Assembly: GCF_055900595.2 (NCBI RefSeq)
Contig: NZ_CM148325.1
Direction: 5' to 3' (one strand)
DNA length: 64,000 bases
Below are positions 20,620 to 33,932 of the stretch, piece by piece. A program made the position numbers and the translations under genes. How positions within the stretch are numbered: the first letter of the stretch is position 1; each line of letters opens with the position of its first letter. A model generated the notes under the pieces. The model saw only the letters and a list, made by a program, of their open reading frames with translations. It ran no database searches and had not been told where the DNA came from.

Positions 20620-22440
20620 TTAATTTTTGCTATCGTCATTAGTGACCGATACACATGATGGCATCCAGTCTTCTGATTCCTCCGTCAGTGTCACGTTTGA
20701 ACGCAAACCGTGCTTCGTTTTCCGTTTCATATACTCCCTGCCATATTCCGCCATTGCCCCCGGCATATCTTTACCGAAGCGCGTCAGTGTTACAGGTTTA
20801 CCAAACCCATGTGCCCTCATATAAGCCAGATAGGCATGATAGAGATACCTGCGTGGGCTAAATGGCACAATTTCAGCATTACCCACTAACAGGCCATCAC
20901 ACATTACCGATGCCATGAGATAGCCGCAGAAGTCCACCAGCGAATCCCCCTCTCGCTTTATCGCCAGTGCTTCTTCAGATTTCTGCTGCTCATATAACAG
21001 GCGTCTGGCTTCGTCCTGATCATCAAACCGTGTAAGCAGATGACGAATCACTACCGCCAGCTCACCTTCTATTTTTTCCGCCAGCATCGAATCGCGTTCG
21101 TTCTCCGGTACAACTTCCGAAAAATTGAATATCACCCGACGACGTGAGATCCCCCCGCTGCGGTCACTGAATGACATGGCGTTATTGTTAACCGCCAGCA
21201 CTACTGCCGGAATACGCGTTGAATAGGGGGCTTTGTGTTTCGGGTCAATTGCCACCTTGTCACCGCCTGTAATGGCCTTAATCCCTGCCCCATCACCAGC
21301 GTAGCGGGTCATATCCGGCATGATAATCAGCGAAAAGCCAACCACTAACGCACGTTCCCTTGCATCTTCCAGCGCCTTCATGCTTGCTGATACTGTATTA
21401 GCCTTACCCGCCAGCATGGTGCAAATCTCCGCCATCACACTTTTACCACTTCCCCCCGGCCCTGTTACCTCAATGAATAACTGCCAGTCGTACCGGTTCG
21501 CCAGCACCATGAATAATGCCGCCAGTACGCGATCTGCCTTGCGGTCATTCTCAGCCACCGAACGGCGCAACCACTTCCAGAAATTCGGCGCATGTGTTGC
21601 CAGCGTTTCCCCCTCTGCTGGTGGGCTGAAAGGTAATTCACTGGCAATTAACAACCAGTCGTTTTTGTTATGCTCCCGAAAATTACCTGTTCTGGTATCA
21701 AATACCCCGTTACTGAATCCAATCAGGTTACGGGCTGTATTCCCCATTACAGGCAAACTTAACTTCATGGTATCTACCGCCGATTTAATGGCGTTCTGCG
21801 AATAGCTGATCTCCACATCAATGAAAATCTGCGCCATAGCACGCTGTAACTCTTTATCCTGAACCGGCTCCCATACAACGCCGTTGTAATGATGAACGGT
21901 GTCAGAGTCGGCATTGATTGCCAGTTCGCCGCCGTAATGTGCCAGGAGAACTTCACCGCGCTGGCTGGCCCCCATCTGATTCAACGCCAAAGATGAAGCA
22001 CGCTCGTCATTTTTGCGCTCTGCCTTCTTCACTGGCAGTTCAATCACCAGACTTTCCCCATGCTCCGCTTCAGCTTTTAGGCCGACAAGGCGCGGAGTCC
22101 AGTCTTCAGGCTCTCGATCAACAAAGCTACGGTAACAACGTGCTTCCTTTACGCCTGCAATAGCAAGTAATGTCGCAACCTTCGTCAGATTTTTCTCTGC
22201 GATCTTTCCGGCACGATAAACACGCACATAATGACGGCCTTCATCGATAATTTGCATATCATCCAGGTTTTCCAGTTGTTCCGTACCCAGAATTACTGGT
22301 GGTGTATCATCTGCTGCAATATGCTTACCCGCCCATTCATTCCATTCTTTTGCATGGCTCCAGGCATCACTGCCAGCAAAAATGATGACTTCTGTCATTT
22401 TGTCGCGCGGTTGGTATTTTAAGTTCGGAGCACGTTTCAT
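20620..22440 (-). CDS. P4-alpha-family primase/helicase (phage/plasmid primase, P-loop NTPase)
   Basis: 606-aa ORF with Walker A GPGGSGKS and primase C-terminal-type sequence; adjacent to TGTTCACC iterons. Confidence 0.8.
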   Translation of the reverse strand: MKRAPNLKYQPRDKMTEVIIFAGSDAWSHAKEWNEWAGKHIAADDTPPVILGTEQLENLDDMQIIDEGRHYVRVYRAGKIAEKNLTKVATLLAIAGVKEARCYRSFVDREPEDWTPRLVGLKAEAEHGESLVIELPVKKAERKNDERASSLALNQMGASQRGEVLLAHYGGELAINADSDTVHHYNGVVWEPVQDKELQRAMAQIFIDVEISYSQNAIKSAVDTMKLSLPVMGNTARNLIGFSNGVFDTRTGNFREHNKNDWLLIASELPFSPPAEGETLATHAPNFWKWLRRSVAENDRKADRVLAALFMVLANRYDWQLFIEVTGPGGSGKSVMAEICTMLAGKANTVSASMKALEDARERALVVGFSLIIMPDMTRYAGDGAGIKAITGGDKVAIDPKHKAPYSTRIPAVVLAVNNNAMSFSDRSGGISRRRVIFNFSEVVPENERDSMLAEKIEGELAVVIRHLLTRFDDQDEARRLLYEQQKSEEALAIKREGDSLVDFCGYLMASVMCDGLLVGNAEIVPFSPRRYLYHAYLAYMRAHGFGKPVTLTRFGKDMPGAMAEYGREYMKRKTKHGLRSNVTLTEESEDWMPSCVSVTNDDSKN

Positions 22441-22724
22441 TTGTTACCTCCGGCAACTAACATTGCCCGAATTTTGCGGATATAGCCTGCGGCACGCCTC
22501 TGATTATCTGTCTTGCAATTTTTTACCAGAATGAAATCTCTTTCGAACTGCTGACGCGGCATAACACATTCAAAATCATAACCATCACGCAAATAAGAGA
22601 CACGACGATCATCAACCGAAATAATCTTTACCCGATAGCCATAGCTGTCTTTGAAAATATCCCCAAGGCTGATTTTTGAATGAGTTTGACCGCTGGCAAT
22701 AAAGCCAGAAAATTTATTTTTCAT
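22437..22724 (-). CDS. Hypothetical protein of the P4-like module
   Basis: 95-aa ORF overlapping the primase start (operon-like). Confidence 0.45.
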   Translation of the reverse strand: MKNKFSGFIASGQTHSKISLGDIFKDSYGYRVKIISVDDRRVSYLRDGYDFECVMPRQQFERDFILVKNCKTDNQRRAAGYIRKIRAMLVAGGNK

Positions 22725-22727
22725 TTT

Positions 22728-22952
22728 TTATTCTCCGGTATAGCTCTGGTCGTGTATTTTTATAGCTTCATCCAGCTCTTTGATGACAGGATCAAGTAAC
22801 GTAATTAACGCTCCAGCTAAATTAGCATCCCGTTCATCGTGTTCCGCATTTGTTGTCCCATCAAGCCAGGTTGATAAGATTTCTCGCATATTTTTGCCAC
22901 AAACGAGCGCGTTTTCAGCATGTGTCAGCACTTTAAAATAAAGATCATTCAT
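22728..22952 (-). CDS. Hypothetical protein of the P4-like module
   Basis: 74-aa acidic ORF in tandem with downstream genes. Confidence 0.4.
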   Translation of the reverse strand: MNDLYFKVLTHAENALVCGKNMREILSTWLDGTTNAEHDERDANLAGALITLLDPVIKELDEAIKIHDQSYTGE

Positions 22953-23259
22953 GGCACACCTCCTGACGAATACGGGCGGCGAATATCATCACGTAGCCAG
23001 TTGGGGATTGCAGCCGGGCTTCCTGTTCGCTGGCGGCCTCGATGGTAATCACGCGCGGTTGTGCCGTACTCAGGGCGATAAAACGCCAGATGTATTTATT
23101 CAGGTTGTGCGGGTCCCGCCCTTGCGGGTGTGTGGTATGATTTCTCATAGCTACCTCGATACTGTTGCTATCGTTGGTGGTTAGAAGCCCGTTGGTGTTC
23201 CTAGCACCTTCGGGCTTTGCTTTTTTAAGTGCCTCCGTGTTAAGGTGGTCACCTAACAA
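22945..23259 (-). CDS. Hypothetical protein of the P4-like module (true start probably the internal Met at 23148)
   Basis: 104-aa ORF; 5' part overlaps an opposite-strand ORF, so a shorter 67-aa product from 23148 is more plausible. Confidence 0.35.
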   Translation of the reverse strand: MLGDHLNTEALKKAKPEGARNTNGLLTTNDSNSIEVAMRNHTTHPQGRDPHNLNKYIWRFIALSTAQPRVITIEAASEQEARLQSPTGYVMIFAARIRQEVCHE

Positions 23260-23479
23260 TGAAAAGGCTAATTCAATAGGTGGTCACTTGTCAACGATCA
23301 AACGCGATAAAAGTCCTAAGGGTGATGGGCAATCTCCACAATTCAGAATGCGAATTTCTCCAGAGCTAAAAGAGCAATTCGACAAAGAAGCGCAGAGCGA
23401 CGGCATAAGCCTAGCCAACTGGCTTAAAGAATTAGGGCGCAAAGAGCTGCTACGGCGCGGTATTGAACCAAAAGGATAA
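23165..23479 (+). CDS. Putative ribbon-helix-helix DNA-binding protein (true start probably internal)
   Basis: C-terminal 45 residues (QFRMRISPELKEQFDKEAQSDGISLANWLKELGRKELL) fit an Arc/CopG-type RHH pattern; two GGTGGTCAC direct repeats lie just upstream of the likely start. Confidence 0.45.
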   Translation: MLSLVVRSPLVFLAPSGFAFLSASVLRWSPNNEKANSIGGHLSTIKRDKSPKGDGQSPQFRMRISPELKEQFDKEAQSDGISLANWLKELGRKELLRRGIEPKG

Positions 23480-23506
23480 GAATAATTGAAGTCAAGGAGC
23501 TAACAC

Positions 23507-23863
23507 ATGAAATACGAATTCTTCGCAACAAGTAGCAGTAGTTTGGATGTATACATAGTCACTGTATCAAACGATTCTGGCTCTCTAATCATGACTTGTA
23601 ATTGTCCAGCAGGAAGTAAAGGTATTCTATGTAGACACCGTAAAGCTTTAATTACCGGAAAAATCCGCGGTATATTCACTCCCCCAAGAAGGAATAATCC
23701 CGAAAAATTACAAGAAGCTATAAATTTAATAGCCACATATGGCATAGATAAAACATTAAAGTTGTACACTGATGAGTTAGAACGAGCAGAACAGACTTGG
23801 ATAAGTGTTCGCGATAATTTGAGAGCAATGATAAACGCTCTTGTTGAACCACCTAAATATTGA
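23507..23863 (+). CDS. Small SWIM-zinc-finger-like protein (cargo gene)
   Basis: 118-aa AT-rich ORF with CxC-x8-CxH motif (CNCPAGSKGILCRH); followed by a hairpin terminator. Confidence 0.55.
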   Translation: MKYEFFATSSSSLDVYIVTVSNDSGSLIMTCNCPAGSKGILCRHRKALITGKIRGIFTPPRRNNPEKLQEAINLIATYGIDKTLKLYTDELERAEQTWISVRDNLRAMINALVEPPKY

Positions 23864-23929
23864 ACTGTTCACATTGCCTATCAGGCGATAACCTCGTATT
23901 CTGATTAAGGCTAACTATATACTCACATT

Positions 23930-23955
23930 GGCGACCAATTCTGGTCGCCTTTATC
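23930..23955. terminator. Hairpin between two convergent cargo genes (likely bidirectional intrinsic terminator)
   Basis: GGCGACC-aattct-GGTCGCC stem-loop followed by TTTATC; sits between the convergent 118-aa and 284-aa genes. Confidence 0.55.
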
Positions 23956-23994
23956 TACCATTTTTATAATATCATAGATTAAGAGTGTTAATCC

Positions 23995-24849
23995 TTACCC
24001 CCTGAATGGAATTGATGAGGATTTAATTTCCACAGAACCAAATCCTCTTGAATCCAAAAACATTTTTATACCAGCCTCAATAAAATCATAATCGCTTGTC
24101 GGGCCAATTGTAATGCTTTTAATTGGTAACTTTCTATTATCTTTATTATTAATAATGATATAAGGGATGATACCATTATTATTTATTCTAAATTTCACAT
24201 CTGGCATTTGTATCCACGGAGTAAACACCAGTCTAAATTCATTTTCTTCGATAAAACTAGGATGTTTAAAAAATGGGATATATTTAGATATAAATTGATA
24301 CGTAGAGACCATTGTTACAAAATGATCATTCATTTCTTTAATGTTAATACCATTACAAGAAAAAAACTCATCCAACTCCTTACTCATCTTTGTAATATCG
24401 TCATTATTTGAATATATAACATCATGTGCAACACAATTTAAATAAATATTTTGACAAAAACTCACAAGTTCATCCGCATCAAATTCAATGCAAACGCCCT
24501 GTTTATTTCCGTAACCTCTCCACTGACTTAACTTATCGTTTTCTTTACAAAAAGATATGCTATAAACATGTTTATCAATCCCTTTTTCTTTTTGTAACTT
24601 CCCTTTCTCATACATGTCAAGAGACTTGAGCAAAATAGTTTTCTTATCTTTTGGGATGATATTATCATCAACTATTTTAATTGTATTTCGAAAACATTCA
24701 CATCCATGGTTAGACTCCTCTTTATCATTTAAGAAATATATATTTGTAGCCCATAAAGAATTAGAGTCTAATATACCTTTCAAACCAAAAAGATCTGTAT
24801 AATGAAATATAGCCACAATGCCCCACCTAATAGTTAAGTCGTTTCCCAC
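23995..24849 (-). CDS. DUF2971-like protein (candidate anti-phage cargo gene)
   Basis: 284-aa very AT-rich ORF; motifs FHYTDLFGLKGIL, YFLNDKEE, SISFC...LSQWRGYGN..GVCIEFD resemble my recollection of DUF2971; overlaps the alpA stop (co-transcribed). Confidence 0.5.
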   Translation of the reverse strand: MGNDLTIRWGIVAIFHYTDLFGLKGILDSNSLWATNIYFLNDKEESNHGCECFRNTIKIVDDNIIPKDKKTILLKSLDMYEKGKLQKEKGIDKHVYSISFCKENDKLSQWRGYGNKQGVCIEFDADELVSFCQNIYLNCVAHDVIYSNNDDITKMSKELDEFFSCNGINIKEMNDHFVTMVSTYQFISKYIPFFKHPSFIEENEFRLVFTPWIQMPDVKFRINNNGIIPYIIINNKDNRKLPIKSITIGPTSDYDFIEAGIKMFLDSRGFGSVEIKSSSIPFRG

Positions 24850-25064
24850 TCACCTCGAATCCATGCCTGCACTTCTGAAAGACGATATGCAACAGCAGTG
24901 GAACCAATCTTGATCCGCTTAGGAAATTTTCCTTCCTTCTCCAGCTTCCAGCGTGTGCTGTTCGCAAGAGTGGTTAGCTCCCGACATTCTTTCTCACGGA
25001 TCATACGATCGATGTTAGGAATGTACTCCAGACCCTTTTTATCAACAATTGCCATTTTTTTCAT
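24834..25064 (-). CDS. alpA: AlpA-family phage transcriptional regulator/excisionase-like HTH protein
   Basis: 76-aa ORF directly downstream of the integrase, sequence pattern (ELTTLANSTRWKLEKEGKFPKRIKIGSTAVAYRLSEVQAWI) typical of AlpA. Confidence 0.8.
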   Translation of the reverse strand: MKKMAIVDKKGLEYIPNIDRMIREKECRELTTLANSTRWKLEKEGKFPKRIKIGSTAVAYRLSEVQAWIRGEWETT

Positions 25065-25065
25065 G

Positions 25066-26352
25066 TTAACCAGCCTTTTGTTTGAGGATTGTCACTTTTG
25101 AATCAGCACCTGCGATGCTATTGAGATATGTAGTCCAGAGTTCCAGAGCATCCAGTTTTTTAGCCATAAACTTACTCCGGTTGTAAACACCCGCCACGCC
25201 AGGTAGCGCATGGCCTAACAGTTGTTCTACTACATAAAATTCAACACCGAGATCACTTAGATGAGTAGATAGCGTTCTTCTAAGGTCGTGTAGTGACCAT
25301 TGTTTTTCATGGCCCAAACGTTTACCGATTTTCCCCCCAATCTTGCTTACGCTTTCTCTAATTCGCAGACTTCCCAGCACATAACCAGTATGTTTTGTCT
25401 CTTCGTGAACATCCGTTACCCACTGTCGTAGAATTTCAGGTACTGGTCTGACGATTTCAACACCAGTTTTTGAGTGATCTTTTGGTACCGTCCAAACCCA
25501 ACTTTCGAGATCCCATTCGCTCCATTCAGATAATCGGGCTTCACTCATTCGACATCCAAATACTGTACAAAGCACAAACATTTTTCGCGTGTATTCAGAC
25601 ATTAGTTTTAAATCAGGCTCGACAAAAATTGCCTTCCAGAGCTGGCCGAGTTCGGCTTCATCCAGAACCCGATCCCGCTTACCTGCAATCTGCCCCACAT
25701 CACTCATGCGCAAATCCTTTAAAGCATCACACGTCGCGTACTGGCGTACCCGACAAAAACGAAGAGCTAATTTAGTGTCAGAAAAAACATACGCCGCCAT
25801 AACTGGTGCATTACGTTTAATTCGGTCAAAACAGTCCAGCCATTCATATAGGTGAGTGTCATTTACGGGCAAATGACCGATATAGGGAAAGATATGCTTT
25901 CGAAATCTGCCAAGCGTTACAGCATGAGTTTTACGACGCACCTTACAGTAATTTTCATACCAGTAATTTAGTGCATCCTCCACTGTGACCGGCTTTAAGC
26001 GTTCTTCAGCCTGAATCTTAATCTGGATACGCGGATCACGTTTGTCAGCCAACCAACCACGGCACTCGTCGCGCTTTTCCCTTGCCTGTTTGAGTGACAT
26101 ATCAGGATATTTACCCAACGTTAGCCAGACCGGAGCAGCCCGGCCACCTGCTAACCTGTAGAAGAAAACAAAGCTCACAGCCCCTTTAGTACTCACACGA
26201 ATAGAAAGCCCCTTTCCATCAGCAATGGTGATCTGCTTTTCTCTGGGTTTCCCCAGATATCCTTTAAGCGCTTTGTCGCTCAGTTTGTTCTCGCCAGCCA
26301 TTTTTAGCCCCAAAAAGCAATACAAGCTGCAATACAGAGATGATTGCAACAC
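25066..26352 (-). CDS. Tyrosine recombinase/integrase (P4-type)
   Basis: 428-aa ORF with C-terminal catalytic region containing HDLRRT and LLGHA...Y motifs; int-alpA arrangement typical of P4-like islands. Confidence 0.85.
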   Translation of the reverse strand: MLQSSLYCSLYCFLGLKMAGENKLSDKALKGYLGKPREKQITIADGKGLSIRVSTKGAVSFVFFYRLAGGRAAPVWLTLGKYPDMSLKQAREKRDECRGWLADKRDPRIQIKIQAEERLKPVTVEDALNYWYENYCKVRRKTHAVTLGRFRKHIFPYIGHLPVNDTHLYEWLDCFDRIKRNAPVMAAYVFSDTKLALRFCRVRQYATCDALKDLRMSDVGQIAGKRDRVLDEAELGQLWKAIFVEPDLKLMSEYTRKMFVLCTVFGCRMSEARLSEWSEWDLESWVWTVPKDHSKTGVEIVRPVPEILRQWVTDVHEETKHTGYVLGSLRIRESVSKIGGKIGKRLGHEKQWSLHDLRRTLSTHLSDLGVEFYVVEQLLGHALPGVAGVYNRSKFMAKKLDALELWTTYLNSIAGADSKVTILKQKAG

Positions 26353-26433
26353 ACAGATAACGAGGAAAATTCAGTGAAAGCACCAGATAAACTTATTCTT
26401 TATTATCAAAAGATTAAGTGTAAAAACCAGCAA

Positions 26434-26709
26434 CTACACGAAAGCCTCAGAAAGCCATGCTAAGTGCTTGGGTTTGACATAACCCGGCGTAAATTCAGAG
26501 GTGGAGCCGCCACGGGATCGGATAACCTCACCGGAAACAATCGGCGAAACGTACAGCGCCATGTTTACCAGTCCCGGAATTTGTGAGAGATAGACTTTTT
26601 CCGTGGTGAAAGGATAGGTTTCACGGAAAAACAGGCGCAGAAACAGCGGATCGAACTTAAAGTGATGCTGGGTCGATGCCAGTAATTCTGCAGTTGTATA
26701 TACAGACAT
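26434..26709 (-). pseudogene. E: Lambda major capsid protein E, N-terminal ~80 codons only (truncated)
   Basis: MSVYTTAELLASTQHHFKFDPLFLRLFFRETYPFTTEKVYLSQIPGLVNMALYVSPIVSGEVIRSRGGSTSEFTPGYVKPKH is near-identical to lambda gpE N-terminus, then diverges and stops. Confidence 0.85.
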
Positions 26710-26764
26710 AAATTATTTCCATAAAAAAAGCCGCACAGGCGGCCTTTGTTGATGAAGGGGAAGA

Positions 26765-27097
26765 TTAAACGATGCTGATTGCCGTTCCGGCAAACGCGGT
26801 CCGTTTTTTAGTCTCGTCGCTGGCAGCCTCCGGCCAGAGCACATCCTCATAACGGAACGAGCCGGACTTGTAGAACGTCAGTGTGGTGCTGGTCTGGTCA
26901 GCAGCAACCGCCAGAATGCCAACGGCTGCACCGTCGGTGGTGCCATCCCACACAACCAGCTTACGGGTAGTGCCATCCAGCATCAGCGGGGTCATTGCAG
27001 GCGTTTTCGCACTCAATCCGCCAGGCGCAATTGCTGTATGAGCCGGATCACTGTTACCCAGCGGCTGGTAATGGTTAAACTCTTCTTTTGTCGCCAT
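26765..27097 (-). CDS. D: Head decoration protein D
   Basis: 110-aa ORF closely matching lambda gpD ([14 protein letters not shown]...FAGTAISIV). Confidence 0.9.
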   Translation of the reverse strand: MATKEEFNHYQPLGNSDPAHTAIAPGGLSAKTPAMTPLMLDGTTRKLVVWDGTTDGAAVGILAVAADQTSTTLTFYKSGSFRYEDVLWPEAASDETKKRTAFAGTAISIV

Positions 27098-27106
27098 AAC
27101 TGCCTC

Positions 27107-28418
27107 TTATACCGGTAAAGCTTCAGGTGTATTAAGTAATTCTTTATTGGTATCAGATGCCAGGTTACCTGCAGCCAGCGGTGCCGGTGCACCCTGCATC
27201 AGACGATCCAGCGCAGTGTCACTGCGCGCCTGTGCACTCTGTGGTGCTGCAGCCAGAATGCGGCGGGCCGTTTCCACGGTCATTCCGGGGGTTTCGGCCA
27301 GAACGCGCGCCTGTTCTTCGCGTCCGTGAGCCTCCTCACAGTTGAGGATCCCCATAATGCGGCTGTTTTCTGCCGCAACCGCTGCGGTGATCTGCGCGTT
27401 CACGTCCGGCTGCGCCGCGCTGGCGTTTTCGCCCTCCGTCGCTGGCACCACGTCAGTAACGTCAGCCTGCGAAGCAGTGGCTGAAACAGTTGTTGATTGA
27501 GTCTCTTTGGTCATTCGCCCTCCTGAGAGACGGGATTTACGCGCATCCAGTGCATCACGCATGACGGTGATCGCATCGGTGCTGTTAACAAGTTCATCAG
27601 CCAGTCCGGCATCAATGGCCTCCTGACCGCTGTACACTGCAGCCTCGGTATCCAGCACAGCCTGCACAGACAGGCCGGTATATGCCGACACCTTCTGCGC
27701 AAACATCTGGCGGGTTGCGTCCATCCGGGACTGCAGTGTCTCCCGGACGTCATCCGGAAGATGGCTGTAGGGATTGCCATCCACCTTATGGCTGCCGCTG
27801 TAAATCAGCGTGATTTCCACACCCTGTTTCTCCAGGGCAGCACCGTAATTACTGTGAGCCATCATGACGCCGATGGAGCCTGTCCGGGCGGTCTGCGTGA
27901 CCAGACGCCGGGAGGCGGCACTGGCAAGCAGCTGACCTGCACTGCAGTTCATGTCGTTGGCCAGCGCCCATACCGGTTTTATGTCACGCACACGGGCGAT
28001 GATGTCAGCGCAGTCAAATGCCCCCGCCACCATTCCGCCTGGCGTGTCCATATCGAGCAGAATGCCGTCCACCATCGGGTCGCTGGCAGCCTGTTGCAGA
28101 CGGGCGATAATGCCGTTGTAACCGGTCATCCCCGAGTACGGCTGCAGCGCCCGCGTCCGGCTGACCAGCGTGCCGGACACCGGCAGCACGGCGATGCCGT
28201 TCATGACCTGATAACTGCGGGCCTGTCGTGGTCCGTCATCATCACCGGATAATGCCAGCGTCGCGAGTGCCTCCTGGGCAGTCAGGCTGTCGCCGGACAC
28301 CGCATCCGTCAGGCGGCTGATCCCAAGCTGGCCTGCAAGCGCACAAAAGAAAACCCGCGCATAGGCGGGTTCAAGCATCAGCGGCTCATTAAAGGCCATG
28401 CTGGCAATATGCGGGAGA

Positions 28419-28438
<20 letters not shown>
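27107..28438 (-). CDS. C: Head maturation protease/scaffold C (S49 family; Nu3 nested)
   Basis: ORF 27107-28552; start placed at the codon giving VTAELRNLPHIASMAFNEPL as in lambda gpC; overlaps portal gene end. Confidence 0.85.
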
Positions 28439-32119
<3,681 letters not shown>

Positions 32120-32145
<26 letters not shown>

Positions 32146-32665
32146 TCAGCAACCCCGGTATCAGTTCATCCAGCGCGGCTGCTTTGTTCATGGCTTTGAT
32201 GATATCCCGTTTCAGGAAATCAACATGTCGGTTTTCCAGTTCCGGAAAACGCCGCTGCACCGACAGGGGGATCCCGTCGAGAATACTGGCAATTTCACCT
32301 GCGATCCGCGACAGCACGAAAGTACAGAATGCGGTTTCCACCACTTCAGCGGAGTCTCTGGCATTTTTCAGCTCCTGTGCGTCGGCCTGTGCACGCGTAA
32401 GTCGGTGGCGTTCGTACTCAATAGTCCCTGGCTGGAGATCTGTCTCGCTGGCCTGCCGCAGTTCTTCAACTTCCCGGCGCAGCTTTTCGTTCTCAATTTC
32501 AGCATCCCTTTCGGCATACCATTTTATAACGGCGGCAGAGTCATAAAGCACCTCATTACCCTTGCCACCGCCTCGCAGAACGGGCATTCCCTGTTCCTGC
32601 CAGTTCTGAATGGTACGGATACTCGCACCGAAAATGTCAGCCAGCTGCTTTTTGTTGACTTCCAT
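32120..32665 (-). CDS. nu1: Terminase small subunit Nu1
   Basis: 181-aa ORF MEVNKKQLADIFGASIRTIQNWQEQGMPVLRGGGKGNEVLYDSAAVIKWY matching lambda Nu1. Confidence 0.9.
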
Positions 32666-32699
32666 TGTTCATTCCACGGCCAAAAACAGAGAAAGGAAA

Positions 32700-32870
32700 C
32701 GACAGAGGCCCAAAAGTTCGTTTTCAGCACCTGTCGCTTCCTTTCTTTTCAGGGGGTATTTTAAATAAAAACATTAAGTTACGACGAAGAAGAACGGAAA
32801 CGCCTTAAACCGGAAAATTTTCATAAATAGCGAAAACCCGCGAGGTCGCCGCCCCGTAACCTGTCGGATC
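32700..32870 (-). other. cos site region (cosB plus cosN)
   Basis: Reverse complement of 32843-32854 is GGGCGGCGACCT, the lambda 12-nt cohesive end, followed by sequence matching the lambda left end (cosB) upstream of Nu1. Confidence 0.8.
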
Positions 32871-33053
32871 GCCGGAAAGGACCCGCAAAATGATAATAAT
32901 TATCATCTACATGTCACAACGTGCATCTACGCCATCAAACCACGTCAAATAATCAATTATGACGCAGGTATCGTATTAATTGATCTGCATCAACTTAACG
33001 TAAAAACAACTTCAGACAATACAAATCAGCGACACTGAATACGGGGCAACCTC

Positions 33054-33248
33054 ATGTCAACTAAGAACAGAACCCGCAGAACAACAACCCGCAACATCCG
33101 CTTTCCTAACCAAATGATTGAACAAATTAACATCGCTCTTGAGCAAAAAGGGTCTGGGAATTTCTCAGCCTGGGTCATTGAAGCCTGCCGTCGGAGACTA
33201 ACGTCAGAAAAGAGAGCATATACATCAATCCAGAGTGATGATGAATAA
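33054..33248 (+). CDS. ylcI: Small basic DNA-binding-like protein near the prophage right end (YlcI/DUF3950-like)
   Basis: 64-aa ORF with Arg/Thr-rich N-terminus and RHH-like core; position between cos and bor. Confidence 0.5.
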   Translation: MSTKNRTRRTTTRNIRFPNQMIEQINIALEQKGSGNFSAWVIEACRRRLTSEKRAYTSIQSDDE

Positions 33249-33607
33249 ACATCCCGGTTTCTTCCACCATCGCACCGGAAAAGCGACTATGAGGGTAACC
33301 CTGCGTCTGTCAGCACAGTAAAACCCGGTGTGCATCGTTTTTGATTATTCCCGCACACTCACGCAGAAGGAATTCCCCGTCGGGCTACGGTCATGGTTAA
33401 TGCGGGAATACGGCGACGATACAGCGCAGCTAAAAGGGTAATGGACAGAAAGAGCGGTTTATTTCATTCCACAGGATTCTGAGTGCCCCCCTCCTCCAAT
33501 AGGCTGAGCATCCACCTATATAGTTTTAATTTTCATCAATCCATTTAACTATCGTTTAATTGTTGTCACATAGGATTCTGCCGTTTTTAACAATGCAGGA
33601 TAATAAG

Positions 33608-33901
33608 ATGAAAAAAATGTTGTTTTCTGCCGCTCTGGCAATGCTTATTACAGGATGTGCTCAACAGACGTTTACTGTTGGAAACAAACCGACAGCAGTA
33701 ACACCAAAGGAAACCATCACCCATCACTTCTTCGTTTCGGGAATTGGACAGGAGAAAACTGTTGATGCAGCCAAAATTTGTGGCGGCGCAGAAAATGTTG
33801 TTAAAACAGAAACCCAGCAAACATTCGTAAATGGATTGCTCGGTTTTATTACTTTAGGCATTTATACTCCGCTGGAAGCGCGTGTGTATTGCTCACAATA
33901 A
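33608..33901 (+). CDS. borD: Bor serum-resistance lipoprotein
   Basis: ORF 33560-33901; start at MKKMLFSAALAMLITGCAQQ (lipobox) gives a 97-aa protein matching lambda Bor. Confidence 0.85.
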   Translation: MKKMLFSAALAMLITGCAQQTFTVGNKPTAVTPKETITHHFFVSGIGQEKTVDAAKICGGAENVVKTETQQTFVNGLLGFITLGIYTPLEARVYCSQ

Positions 33902-33932
33902 TTGCATGAGTTGCCCATCGATATGGGCAGCT

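Noticed and set aside
27147-28252. Plus-strand ORFs (60-163 aa) inside the head protease gene C
   Set aside because: Antisense to a gene near-identical to lambda C; Arg/Ala-rich wrong-frame translations.
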